From: Pavona decussata
Taxonomy: Eukaryota
NCBI GenBank assembly: GCA_977016875.1
Contig: CDRNST010000018.1
Coordinates: 496,001 to 560,000 of the forward strand
Direction of reading: 5' to 3'
Length of the DNA stretch: 64,000 bases
How positions within the stretch are numbered: the first letter of the stretch is position 1; each line of letters opens with the position of its first letter. Both the position numbers and the translations under genes were made by a program. Shown here in pieces: positions 12,210 to 25,212 of the stretch. Below the pieces are notes generated by a model, which saw only the letters and a list, made by a program, of their open reading frames with translations, ran no database searches and had not been told where the DNA came from.

Positions 12210-14020
12210 TTAGGGTAAGTTAAACTCAAGACAGTGCTGGCTAGCAGTTTCCATTCAAATTATTTGGGGTGGCCGCTTACTTCACAGGGGTTGTCGGGAA
12301 TTTACAGCTCCCCTGTTGAGGTCAGATCATTTCGTTCGTGTTGCTTCACGTTGCACATGCTCGCAAAGTTGCTGCTATCGGTTTATCCTTGTGGTCTTTA
12401 TTTTGACACAATGTTTGCCGTGAGATGAGTTCTCACAACACCAATAATAGCCTGCAATCAGCTTTTTACGCGACAACTTCTTCGGCAACACATTTGTTGT
12501 TGGCCTCCTCGACTAGTGCTTCAAACGTTTGCACGCCAAGTCCATTGTGTGAATCGGTGGCGGGCACTACAGCTGGTGGGACGACGATTTCCCTAGAACT
12601 AGTGGCTCTTATTGCTAAAACTGTTCAAAAAGCCGTAGCAGCTGAAAGATCCCAACATTCGGGGCTGGCAGGCTCGCAATCCATGCAAGCGTCGTCCTGT
12701 TCTTCGAACAACAACTCTTCTGGGGGCGTTCCCGCGTCTTTACATGCGTCAGCAATGAATTTCTTGGCTTCGGGCTCAGGGATACTAGGGCCTCACACAA
12801 CTCACACGCCTCAAGGTAGGCCGATTTCTTCTGTGTGTGTACCGTCCTTTGTGTCAACATTTGCTGCGCCAGTGATGTCGCTCGCACCGTTCGCTTCGAG
12901 TGCTTTGAGCTTGTCGTCCCGTGCCATCATCGCCAGTAAATACATCGACCTCAGTGACCTTTAACTTGCAGCAGAAGGATCCCGAACCTCAACTCATGCT
13001 CGATGGCCGTCTCCTGCTAACTTCTCGGCCGAAAAAGCAACGTCGTCTCGTGGTGCGAGGCGTTTGCGATTTTTTCTCTCGTGTTGGTTTCGCATTTCCC
13101 GCATCGCTGGAAAGACCTAACGCAATACCAATTGCCACTACAGCGGTCGGATTTGGCTCGCCTATGATCAAGCCTTTCACGAAGATGCCGCAGCCACAAG
13201 GCTGACCAATTGGTCATCAATGAACGTACAGTTGTTTAATTTCCACGCGGCTGGGGCTTCAATTCGCTCAGCATCACTGCAATCTTTGGCTCGCTCGCAA
13301 CCTTCGGGGTCTTCGGTCGCTGTCGTGGACAGCTGCATATCTTGGAACAGGGGGTGATGCACTGCTCCTTTTCCTGTGTGTCGATTCGCTCATCGTTGCA
13401 GCCTGTGCTCGGGATCTCATCGTAGTCTTGCTTGCCCCGAGAACTCCAGCAAATCCATCCGGGAGGACTGGAAGCAACGGGCTAGTTCACCAGTGGCCTC
13501 GAGTTTGTCTCCCTCGAGTAAATCGCGCCGTTTTTAGCTTGCGTGGCATTCTGTTGGACGCGGTACGTGGAGCGTTTATTTGTGTAACTGCGGTGCTTTA
13601 ATAACTTTTTTTGCAGTTGAAATATTGTTGTACTTACCTCGATCGCCTTTAGTTTGATAGGATCATTAGTTATTGATATTCCCGTTCGGGAGGTTTTTGA
13701 TGCTGATATTATAAGATCGTTTTTTTATTTTCCTTGGTTTGTTTTGATTTGTTGTTTCGTGTTTATCACCACCGTAGGCTGCTTTGTATTATTTCGCACG
13801 TTCCTGTGGGCGCGAGTTGTTACAGACTGGTTCGTGTTCTAGGCAACTATTCATTATAATTATAATATCTTTTTCTTTGGGGGGGGGGGCTGCTACTTGC
13901 TACATTTCTGATACTCTCTTTGTAATATTTCTGTTGAGTTTGAATGTATTGTTTTCCAATATTTGAGCTGAGTATCTTAAACCTAGCTTGGTATAGGTAA
14001 GTGCACCCCTACAACAAACA
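12210..14020 (+). mobile_element. Ngaro/DIRS-type tyrosine-recombinase retrotransposon, gag only (no RT/RNaseH/YR)
   Basis: Frameshifted ORF 12425-13537: KYIDLSDL...EPQLMLDGRLLLT...WCEAFAIFSLVLVSHFPHRWKDLTQY...WLAYDQAF...WSSMNVQLF...CISWNRG*CTAPFPVCRFAHRCSLCSGSHRSLAC. This is the Ngaro-type gag with a C-terminal Cys/His finger. Confidence 0.8.
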
Positions 14021-14030
14021 AGGCTTTTAC

Positions 14031-14033
<3 letters not shown>

Positions 14034-14066
<33 letters not shown>
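14034..14066. repeat. (TG)n microsatellite
   Basis: About 16 perfect TG units. Confidence 0.98.
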
Positions 14067-14067
<1 letters not shown>

Positions 14068-15119
14068 TATACTCTAATAGTATTTTTGCTACTGTTCTTT
14101 ACTTGTAACCTACGTGATATGTTTTGTGTTCTAGTATTTCTGTCATTGTTATTCTAATACTGTCTTGATGCATTTGTACATGGTATTGTTTCTATTGTTA
14201 CTGTTGTTTATGATTTGCCATTCAACACTTCACCTTAATTGTTACTACTTCATGGTTTGTTGTTAGTTTTCTAATGTGTAGCCCCCATGCAGTTGTGTTG
14301 TGTTTTTGGTTACTGGTTATACATTCTTTTTAACTTTTATATATATTTGTATATTAACTTTTATATATATATTTATATATAAATTTGTGGGTTCTTTCTG
14401 ATATTCTCGTTGTTCTAATATTATGCACTGTACTAATATTCTCTTTCTGACTGCAATAGTTTTACACAAGTTTGAGGTGGTTATGCCTGGAAGACAGGGT
14501 AACATTCAGTTAGCATTGCTGCCTGGAGCAATGATCTACCTTTCTTTTAATTTTGTCTGGCAACCACCTTAGACCGGAATTAACATCTTGGTTTCTGCCC
14601 AGACATTCTTTCTCACCATTTTAATTTTTTGGTACCTTTCTGATATTCTCACTGTGGCAGTTCTCATATTTTTGGTTGCTATTTTAATGTCAAATACTGT
14701 TCTAACATTCTGTTCTTAACTGTAATGCTGCTTTTCACAACAAGTTGGTATCTTTGGCCTAATATTGTTATTACCAGATGGACCAATGGTCTTCGTTTCT
14801 TTTAGTTCTTTTTTCTGGCGAAGTCAAGTTTGTTCAATTCGCCTTGTTAGCTGGTTTGTTAATTTAAAGTTCTACTCACATCAAAGGGCAATGTCCTGGA
14901 GCTTTGTCACAGTGCCAGTGCTGGTTGCTGCACATCTTTGCTGCAATACATTATACACAAAGTAACATAAGTGGACACAAAACATATACTGTATAATTAA
15001 AACAATCATATTTTAGATAAATGAAGGAGTGGTACCCATAAAATAAAAATAATAAATATACATTTTTGTCGTGGAAATGCACTTAGCTACCCAAAACTAG
15101 TTTACAGGCATTCAACTCA

Positions 15120-15236
15120 GAAACAAGTTAAAAATCCCAACTGGCAGGAGGCAAACCAGCTGGCTATATACAAGCATGGTCGAGGTCAGGGCTTAAACCC
15201 GGGGCCTCTGGATTTCAAGTCCAGTGCCCTAAAGCC
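15120..15236 (-). mobile_element. tRNA-derived SINE fragment
   Basis: Minus strand reads AGGGCACTGGACTTGAAATCCAGAGGCCCCGGGTTTAAGCCC (anticodon arm plus B-box-like), followed by a SINE body. Confidence 0.65.
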
Positions 15237-15944
15237 ATAATTATTTTTTTCTAAAGAGTCCTGTCCTCTTTAGGGTCCAAAAGGCATGAACATTCCTGTC
15301 CAAACCTTATGGGACCTATAGCACTAAGTCCTTTTAAATGGGTCTGTACCACTTTTTGCCTGTCATGTAAACAGCCCCTCAGGCTGGACTAAGACAGTAC
15401 AAGGGATGACACACACTACTGCTGTACAAAAACAAAAATTGCATCTTATTTCACTCTTGAGAAATTGTTTAAACTTGGATCAAGTTCGCAATAAAATTAT
15501 TAAATTTAATTTATTAAATTTATAGGCGAAGTTTCTTCTTTGTTTTCAATGACAGGTTTTATGAAGAGAAAATTACTTCATTACTTACTACGCATAACAT
15601 TTGCAGTCAGATCCACACATTTTAGAATTTCTTCATTTCAGGTATAATAGAGAGCAAATCATCCTTTCTCTCCAATTGAAAACAACTTATGACGTTTAAT
15701 TTTCTCTATTAATTGAGTGTGGGACCATTCATGCTCCTTCACCATGAGTGACAATGTCAGCTTTTGCAGACCATTTTTGCTAACTTTTACACCTTTACTG
15801 TGATGAGAATTGTTAGACTTTCCAAATGCTCAGCAGTTCTTTCCCGCGTTTTTTTTTTCCCTTGGAGAAAAGCCCTTAAATTGTAATACAGTTTTTCACA
15901 TCAGACTGATCTTGTTTTTAGACAGGAAAATATTGTAGAGTGTG

Positions 15945-16496
15945 CCAAGGCACAAGCAATGGCATGTTTTGCCCTTGCATCCACCTCGTAAGGAACAAAC
16001 AAAGCACAAGACGAAACAGAGACAAAACCTAGGGAATCGTGTGTTCTTCAATGGCCGCATCTTTGTGCTATTAATTGCATTTGTTAGTTTCATTGCTATT
16101 TATCAGGCCCTATTTACCCAAAAAATTTTCACAGAAACCACAGTCACCTCTCACCATCTCATCAATACATCACTCAAGCTTGAGTTACTGTCGCTTGTGA
16201 CCAAAGTGTACGTCAATATTAAAAACTTTGAAGTTGAACTTCAACTTATATCAGATATTGTTTATCGTTCTGTAAATCTACTATAAAAAAATCTGTGCAG
16301 GACTCAAAATGTTTCAACAAAATTGATTAAACATGGAGAATAAAGCGTTAACGTTGCCATTGTTGTCACAATTCATTTGCACATGTGCTGCTTTCATTTG
16401 TTTTCCAAAACTATTTTTCATCTTTTGTATAACTAAAACTTTTTTGTTTGCCAAGCGTCAAATAGCATTTGTGCAGTATTCAAGCACAATAATTTA
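15945..16496 (+). repeat. Dispersed repeat, left arm of an inverted pair
   Basis: Reverse-complement match to 18748-19325 (e.g. GAGACAAAACCTAGGGAATC; AGCGTCAAATAGC.TTTGTGCAGTATTCAAGCA). Confidence 0.85.
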
Positions 16497-18747
16497 TAAT
16501 TTCCAGTGCTTACAGTACCACTAAAAGTAAGTTGAAAGTGCTGATGCAATCCTTGCATCTTGAATGTCAAGACGTTTGTGTTTCGAGATGCAAGAATCAA
16601 GTATCAGTGATAGAGGATCAAGAATTGAGAAGCAAGGAGTTTTCAAATATGCAAACTCCAAAAGAAGTTTGAGGAGGTAACAATTCATTCCTCAAAGAAA
16701 CAACAATAGCCGCTTGCATACAAAGTATAAGTACAGTACCACCTTGAACTATTGACCCATCGGAACTAGGACATGCCTCGTCTTTGCCGCGGGTGGTGGC
16801 TGTGCATCCACCTAGGTGAAAACAAGGTCGTCCTGCGGGAAAGACGGGTTGCAGTTTGCCGTTGAAAAGTCTGATGAGGTATGACACAGGAAAGAACAAT
16901 AAGGACTGATTGTATTTCTAAAAGAAGCATTTGCTGTGTGAAGACACTTATCAGGGTGCAAAGAAAGTCAGCTTTGCAGCTTGCCCTTCGGGCAAGCTGT
17001 GGCTAGCATGTACTAGCCCGAAAGTCATTTTAACTAACACGAAAAAAAAAAAAACACAAGACACTAAAGTAGTATTAATTTATTCACTACCTGTTTTAAT
17101 TAGATGATTATTAATTACACGACTAGTTAATTAGTTAGCTGCTTTATTAATAACTGATAATCCACCATAATTTAACAAAACCTTTAATTAACGGTAAAAG
17201 TTGGCCTGGTAAAAAAGAAACTTAACACATTGGCACAATGATTAACTCTTAATTTTTGGTCGTGAATGCCTTTGCCTTTCTTTCATTATAAATGTCAACT
17301 GGTAATTAAACGATGGAGTAAAGAATTAGGGTGAAACAAGCAGGAAGAAGTTCCAAAAATTGTTTTTCAATTGTTTTTCCTATACATAATATAACACATC
17401 TAACTGACTAGTTAACCTCTAATTTCTACATGTTAATTAACTGGAAGCTGTATTTCCTAACTGTTCAAAGTCTTATTACATTTTGTAATCATTAGAACAT
17501 ACATGAACCAGATACTAAAAGTAAAAGGTCTCGTGAAGAAACAAGTGATGAATATGTATGAATCTCAGCACGTGCAACACGTGGATGACTAACGTACATC
17601 TTGCAATTTGGAATTAATCTACGCACATCTTCTGAGAAAAACTAGATTGAAACTAAACAAATTCCCACCAGACACGCTAACACAACAACGAGGAAAGCTG
17701 CCAACAACAGCGCAGTCAGAACTTGATCGTGCATTTTGCCGCCAAAAAATAAGTGCCGTTGCATAGTTCGCGTAGGCAAATATCAAAACCCTGAATTTTT
17801 GACTTGGCAAACATTGGTATTCAGTCTTTTCAGAGATAAAGTACCGCCTGAATGCATATGCAGATTGGCACGCGTGAACCGCAAGGGCAGAGTGCATGAA
17901 GGCCCGCACAGTTCACAAGACGAAACCTAGGTTGAATATTTACTGCGGTCAAAAGGATAAGGCCCCGACACAATAGCATCTTACAGCCTATTGTGATTTT
18001 ATTGTTTTCCGTTGAATATATTTTTTTCTCAAGTAAACCACATGAAACCTAAAACGCCGTCTTGAAATGCAGCCGGTCCTTGGAATCGTCGCGTACGGAC
18101 TGTTTTAGGTGCATGGATTTCCGCCATCGCGTAATTTTACGTATGCAAGCCATCCATGCACTTTCTCTAGCCGTTTAAATTCAAGCCCTTAAATTAAATG
18201 TGTCCGGCGTATGTGGATTTCCGTAAACAGATCCGGGAAACAGATCAAGCGCGCAATTTGCTTTCCTCCAATGAATGTTGCATGACTCCCGCTACATGCG
18301 TTGCCCGTAATATACTTTGTGAATTCCTCAAACTCTTCTCGAAACGTTTCAAGTTAAATCAAAATTTAAAGGAATTCATAACCTTTAGATAACGAAATAT
18401 CCTTCCTCTCTTTCAAAAAAATTATCAATGTTTTTTTTATCGACGTTAATTCGGTGCGCTTCATGTCAGTTTTGAAAAGTAAGCGTCATCTTGTCCGCTT
18501 TTGCACGCGTGCAAGCAATGTTGTAGTTTGCTTCTAATCCATGCTTTTCTATTTACTTCCCTAGGCCGCCGGAAATAATATTTTTGTATGTACTTTTTCT
18601 GGTATGAAGAGACGGACGTTTTTACTTGGAAATTCCGACACATGAAAATCGAAAATATAATATGCAAATCATTCGCATGGAACCTTTTCAATTGCGGCAG
18701 GCCGTGCCGACAGCTGTGTTCGATTGTAGTTTTGCTGAAAATAAAGG

Positions 18748-19370
18748 AAATTATTATGCTTGAATACTGCACAAACGCTATTTGACGCTCAGCGAACAAA
18801 AAAAGGTTTCATTTGTTATACAAGAGAAGAAAAATATTTGTGGAAAACAGAAGAAATCATTACGCATGCAAATTGCGAACGAAATTAATGGAAGCGTGAC
18901 AACACTGACAATGCTTCATTCGCCATAATTTTTCGATCAATCTGTTTGAAAAACTTTCGAGTTCAGCACGGATACTTTGGTAGCAGATTTACTGAGCGAT
19001 AAATAATAAGTTATATAACTCGAAGTTTAACTTCAAAGTCCTTCGTATTGATGACTACACTTTGATCTCAAGTGACAGTATCTCAAGCCGTGAGCAATGC
19101 ATCGATGAAATCGCGAGAGGTGGCTGTGTTTTCCGTGAAAATCTCTTCAGTAAATGCGACCTGATAACTAGCAGTGAAACACAAACAAAAAGCAAAGAAA
19201 GGCAATTAAGAGCACGAAGACGTGGCCTTTGAAGAATGCGTGATTCCCTAGGTTTTGTCTCATGCTTCGTTCGTTCCTCTCGAGGTGGACGCAAGGGCAA
19301 AACGCGTGCACTGCCCTCGCGTCCACCTCATGAAACCTGCGGCCGATGTTCATATGGATTCAGGCGGTAC
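18748..19370 (-). repeat. Dispersed repeat, right arm of the inverted pair (related piece at ~17840-17930)
   Basis: Matches the left arm as above. GTACCGCCTGAAT.CATATG is also shared with ~17841. Confidence 0.85.
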
Positions 19371-20169
19371 AGTAATAAAAGTAACTTATAATCCGACACT
19401 AGAATAGAGTGTGTTATTTCCAAGGGTATGTTAAATACACAGACATTGATTTACATGCTTTTCAAAATGCTCAGCGAACTACAGCCAGGCTTAAAAGATA
19501 TTATAATAAGCATGTTTCACGAAGGGGGTTCACTGAGTTATCACAACATGATCTTTCTTTCGTATTTAGTTTTCTTAATTTGTTCATTTTGATGCAAGTG
19601 ACCTGGGGTAAACGTCTCGTAACATTCAACCATACTTTGCATAGAAGCAAGTTTGACGTTTGTTTTGCTTTCGTGGGAACCAGTACTTCTGATTCCGGGG
19701 CTGTTAATACCTGTCAGACCAGATGGCTGCTAAAAATATCTCCTGAATTTTAGTCAAGAGTAAGGTAGTATAGGTAAAAATCAGATATTGAAAGGGTATA
19801 TTAATTTTGTTGCACTGCCAAGTTTCATTTAAAAAGAAAGAGGTTATGGACTTTAAACACAAGTGACAAAATTTGCGAAGCCGACACACGGGTTTCAAGT
19901 TACAATAACATTGTCACACTACATCTGTTTTCTAATGTACCATTTTTTTTGCTTCTCTCAACTTAAAATATTGAAATGACTTGGAAAATATAAAGATACT
20001 AAGTAAACCACAGACTAAATTCTGGAACGCTGCCATGTTGCATCAAACTGCTGGTCACGTCAGGAGTGGAAATGTGTTTGAATTGCAATTATTCGGATTT
20101 TGTGACACAAAACATGCCAAAATATCCTTTGTTTTCTTTCTGTCCAGTCAAGGCAAATATATATGATTA

Positions 20170-23100
20170 AGGTCCGGCAACACAACTCCACAGGCTGAGT
20201 CGAAGATTCAAGTTCGCTCGTTTTTTCTTGAGCAAATCTACGCGCTTCGAAGCTTCAATAGTGAATATAAGAATGGTCCTCAAGAAGTCTTCCAAGAGTT
20301 ACTGCCACAATCAGAATCTTCCTCAAGGGATTTTTCAAATGTGGTTGGATTCTCAAAAACAGATTCTCTCATTTTCTTCACGTTTCAAAGACCAAAAAAC
20401 CGTTTGTCGCACATGGTTGTTCGTTCTAGATAATGTTCTTTGGTGCAATTTTGTCATCACAAGTTGATGAACCAAAACACAGAGTAAATAAGAGCCCATT
20501 CAAACTCTACCAATCTTTTCATTACCAAAGTTCTATCTTGGTAAACTCTCCCGCAACAACTTTGGAACCTGACCGCAACCTAATCTAGGTTAAAAAGAAG
20601 CCTGATGCAAGAACACCAAGGGAAAGTCACGCGTAGGTCACCACATGGTAAATGGGTCAATAGTTCCAGGTGGTATTTTAGTGATTGGTACTTAGCATCA
20701 ACCCCCAGGTCGAGCACTTTATACTGTCTGCTTTATAGCATTGAACGACACTTAGACATGTAAACCTTAAATCTCAGTTCGCATGGGATCTGTGAGTATA
20801 TGTGTATATTTCATTTTTTTGTTTACATACACACTGAAAAATTCAGCTTCAAAAGACAGTGAACAAGAACGAAACCAAATAGGAAAGAACTGCATGTTAT
20901 TGCTATTGCAGCACTGAAGAGCGTGTCCATTGGATATTTACGCGCATGCATGTCGAAGGACGCCACAAATTATTAATTTGGTTGTTTGCAAATAAACATC
21001 CCTTAGAAAAACTACATTCATATGTGCAGCTTTAAGTTTATGTTTCAAAGTTGGCAATGGCAACTTCTGAATTCAGCTAAGTATTCACTTGTTGTTTGCT
21101 ACTGTTTGTTCGAGGAACCTTCTCTGATGGTCACTGCCTACAGCAAGACAATGGTCCATAGCATGCATTTTTATCGCCAGTCACCAAACGTAAACATTCA
21201 ATTAACTTTAAAGATCCAAGGACAATGCTGTGAGTGAAAGGCTAAGGGTTGAATATGAAACTAACACTTTGAAATACATTTCATTGTGTTGTAAATAAGA
21301 TTTCTCTGCTGGAACAGATGTAAACACTGAAAATTTGAATACATTAAGCCACAACCGCTGGCTTTTGCAACCCTTAACGTATTTCTGTATTTACCTTCGA
21401 TAAATCCAAATAGCAACTTTAGCAAAATTTAAAGCCCCTTCCGATGTTACAAATCGTTAACAGAAGCCATCATTGGGATGTAGAAAGGAACTGCCACGCT
21501 GAAAACATTGGTCACATGCTAGGCAACAAATCATTCACATGTATCAAGTTTCATTGGGCAACATGACCTGAAGAAAAAAATTTGTAGTGGCTCTTGCAAG
21601 GAAAACCGGGTGCTTTCGTTTTGCTATTTAATCACCACAGGAGCTGTAGAGCCTTTACACTTATGCCCAACTTGTACCATTTTAAGGCCTCAGAAAAAAT
21701 CCTGGAAACACTCTGTTTTGAGTCACAATGTTTTGTTGATTGGCATTCCAGCTTTGCGTTGTTTTGCATATCAAAAGCAAACTTAAGACATAATTCTCCA
21801 CTTCTTTTTTGTTCCAATTATTTGCAAGTTTGCTTACAGAGCGCTTTGATTCTGTAAGGAAAGGAACAGTGAATTCTAAACATGTGGTTCATGCAATTTG
21901 TTCATCATTTGATGGAATGTAACCGTAGTGCTTGCATCACAATTTTCGACAGCTTTGACCTGAAGGGTATGTACAAGGCAGGTATGTACAAGTGCAGTCC
22001 TTTTTTCCAATTTATTTCTCAAGAGATCAGTCAAGCAACTATCTCATTGGTTTCCCTACTTGAATCTCGAAAGAGACGTCTCAAAAGTCTGGAAACAAAA
22101 TACACTTTTAGCCGTTACAAAAGCAAGGTTAAGTTATCCATTCAAAAGAAAACTGTTGTTATTATGTTGTGTTTCCGTCATGCTTGTATGCAAATAATTT
22201 TGGCAAGTTCAAAATGTCATGTTTCGGTGAGCATGAAAAGTGCTTGCTGTGTTCTTTCTGTCAGAAAACTAGTCTGATGATTTTTCAGCCTTTCTGTTTC
22301 GCTGAACTGTTTGTCTTCTATGAAATCCATATTTATATTTGACTCATCTCTCATCCTGTCAATTGATCTCATTGCATCGCTAATAGTCGTTTGAAACTTT
22401 TAAGCTGTTCACTGTTCAAAAAATAGTTTTTCATAGCTGTTCTCACATTCACTCCAAGCCTAGGTCGCCACACTAGCCTTGCGTTGTGACGTTCAAACGG
22501 ATATCCGTAAGAATACGTTTTAGCACGAGAGGACACAAATATAAAAACCTTCACCCTGGGCTTATTTGAAATCCTTTCAAGTCTAATTGGTAACAGTACT
22601 AACACAGTGACTTACTCCATGTCAATAAAAAATATATTTCCATAAAAAAGGGAATGAACAACATTTGCTGGCATTTGCAGAACTCCACACCAGCAAAACA
22701 ATCATTTGGCATAAAGGTTTTTAATGTAACATTCGCTTACAAGGCTATATGATCATTAAGCAGCCAACAAAACAACTGTGTACTTTTGTAGTGTAGATGT
22801 CATGCCTGAGAGGCATCAAGAATTTTCACAAGATTGTTTACAAAATTGTCTAATTTCTGTGCTCACCAAATTTCACACATTTCCTGGTAAATTTTTGTTA
22901 ACAAAACAGAAACTGTACCTGATAAACACTAAATAATTACATGTTTAATTGACAGTTGTTTTGAATTGGCTTGTCTGTTTGCCATGTTTTGTCGCAAATC
23001 TTCTCAAGTATAAATATCTGTTCTGTTGTACATTAGACTATGGCAAGACAACTTCTTGACCCTCTGGAAATCAGGAACTGAAAGACCCCCTGGCTAGCAC

Positions 23101-24400
23101 TCCTGAATTTCTGTTCTAAACACCTCCCTGTTCCTTTGGAATTCCACTCCAAAGAAGCCCCCTCCCTTTGGGAATGCCAAGAGACCACTTGTGGTCAGTA
23201 AGGAAATTTTCTGGAACATGTCTGGTTGCACACTTTTGAATATTGGTGTGTATGCAATGAAATTTTACTCCTGATCCATTTCCAGTAAATTGTTTCTTGG
23301 CATTGCAGAACATTCCATTTTGGAATATAGAAAGCACCCAGTGTGATAAACACGGTGTGCTACTGGCTTATTTATTTCAAGCAGGTTTCAGAGGGTGGCT
23401 AACAAAGCGAAATACGCTCCCTTCGCACAAAACTCTTCAAATTAAGCTTGAGTTATTCACCTACCATTTTGACATCCATTTTCTTTCCTTTATGGCCAGT
23501 GCTGATGTCCTTCAGAAGGCCTTCCTTTTTTACACGTGGTCGGGCTGTAAGAAAATTTCCAAGGTTAAGTGTTGTTTAACATCATTTTTCTTCCAAAAAA
23601 TACTTTCAAACAGAACTTCGAACCAATGCGACAAGTTAAGTATTAACAAAATTAAGGTTTACATTTCCAGAACATGTTCAATCCTGAGATTTTATAAACA
23701 GCAAGGTACGTTGATGGCTAAACTGTGTTCACATCCACAGAAACTATTCACATAACAGCTGACATAAGCGTACTGTACATGCAAGCTCAAGTTTATCTTT
23801 TTCCAAAACATCTCATGTAAAACGCTTCTTCGGTCAAGTGAACCTTTCAATTTCCCATGTTACACTCACGTTATAATTCCAACCGGGTAATGCTCGCCGT
23901 TAAAAAAGATACTCGAACAACTTTCAAAGGCCAGGGTGCAGAACCTCCGCGAGCCCGGGGGTCGAGGTGGTCGCCATTGCGCACATAGGATGGAATATCA
24001 ATTCACAAGCCGTCGCATTTCATCAGTTCCACGGGTCGACGTTTTGGTCTAAAACAGAAATACGACAAGAACTTGTCAGTTTTTCAAGCAAGGGAAACAC
24101 TAAAAGGGTTTTGCTTTTGTTGCTGTTCGTAAAAAACAAGAAAATAACTCCACGTGGCCGCACCGCAACCACTTTGTCAACAAGGAGATCTGCAGCTGTG
24201 TTTGGAAATAAATGCCCATTTTCAGACCTCAAATTCGCCTTCCTTTCAACAGGGTTCTTTCCAATGAATTAAAAATAGTTGGAGATACACACCTTTTGTA
24301 TTATCAGTTCCGTCAAGTAGGAAAATAGCGCATTTTCAACCTCAACCAACAGTGCTTACAAACCCCGTCACCGGCGAAACGCCTCAACGCGGCCACTCCT
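20170..24400 (-). pseudogene. Possible decayed multi-exon gene (or transposon cargo) with a PHD-finger-like remnant
   Basis: Several minus-strand pyrimidine-AG acceptors precede coding-like blocks. At ~23930-24030, frame correction gives MKCDGCELIFHPMC...FC. A CpG-rich 5' region lies at ~24350-24470. Many stops; product unidentified. Confidence 0.3.
23055..23220. mobile_element. MITE fragment (TCCAGAAAAT..CC terminus family; related copy ~39000-39190)
   Basis: GGAAATTTTCTGGAAC terminus. The copy at 39002-39188 has GATCCAGAAATAATCC...GGATATTTTCTGAAAT. Confidence 0.5.
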
Positions 24401-25116
24401 CAAATTACACCATGTGACCAGCCCTTTGCCTGCGCTGCGTGCATAGCTTCATAACTTCGTGCAGGGATTATCCAATGGTAGAAACCATTTCAAGGCCAGA
24501 AGTGAATTTTGGAGTGTTTTCTGGCAGCGGTACTCGAATTTTTATTGGATATTAATAATCGTACTTACATTGATTAGGTGCCAGTTAAACAGGCACAATC
24601 AAGAGAAAATGATTTTCTCTCGGCCTGCGTGCATCTAGCACACATCTAGTTTACGTCTCTGGGTCTGCACGCAGCATGGCTAACTTTCTCTTGGCGGCAA
24701 TGTGTAATAGATTAGATACGCAAACTTTCCGTGTAGGTTTTTTCTCTGTACGTTGGAAACACACGGTGCCAAATAAAAAATAAATAAATAAATAAAAAAA
24801 AGAAAAAGACACCGAATATTAAGTCCACTCCTCTTTTTGCTCGTTCCTCAATCCTTTCTCTCGATCCTTTCTCTTTTTTTTTTTTTTGGCTGAAGTCACA
24901 CGCGCACCCGCTCGACCATTTAAAATTGACTACAGAAAACAGCGAAAAAATTGCTTGCAAGGACCAGTAATTAACTGTGTTTGCAAGGACCACCGTGACA
25001 AAATAAAAGCACAGGATCCTGTAGTGAAGGAGCTAATCAGCAAAAAAAATTGTAGAACAAACTGACAAGCTTGGTCGAAAAAAGAGCAAGGCTGATTTCA
25101 CGGTCAGGGAAGTAAA

Positions 25117-25212
25117 ATTTTCCAATATTTCGAAAGACACGATCTTTCTTCTAGTTTGTTTCAGACATACCCTGAAGAAGAAAGGCCGTGCCTTTCGAAA
25201 TATTGGAAAAAT
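25117..25212. ncRNA. Inverted pair of minimal type-I hammerhead-ribozyme-like motifs
   Basis: Plus strand CC-CTGAAGA-A-GAAAGGC(CGT)GCCTTTC-GAAA-TATT-GG at 25170-25206. A degenerate reverse-complement copy lies at 25117-25154. Confidence 0.5.

Noticed and set aside
16630-16900. Exon-like GC-richer block ending in GAG|GTATGA
   Set aside because: Stops in the plus frames examined and no recognisable homology; insufficient support.
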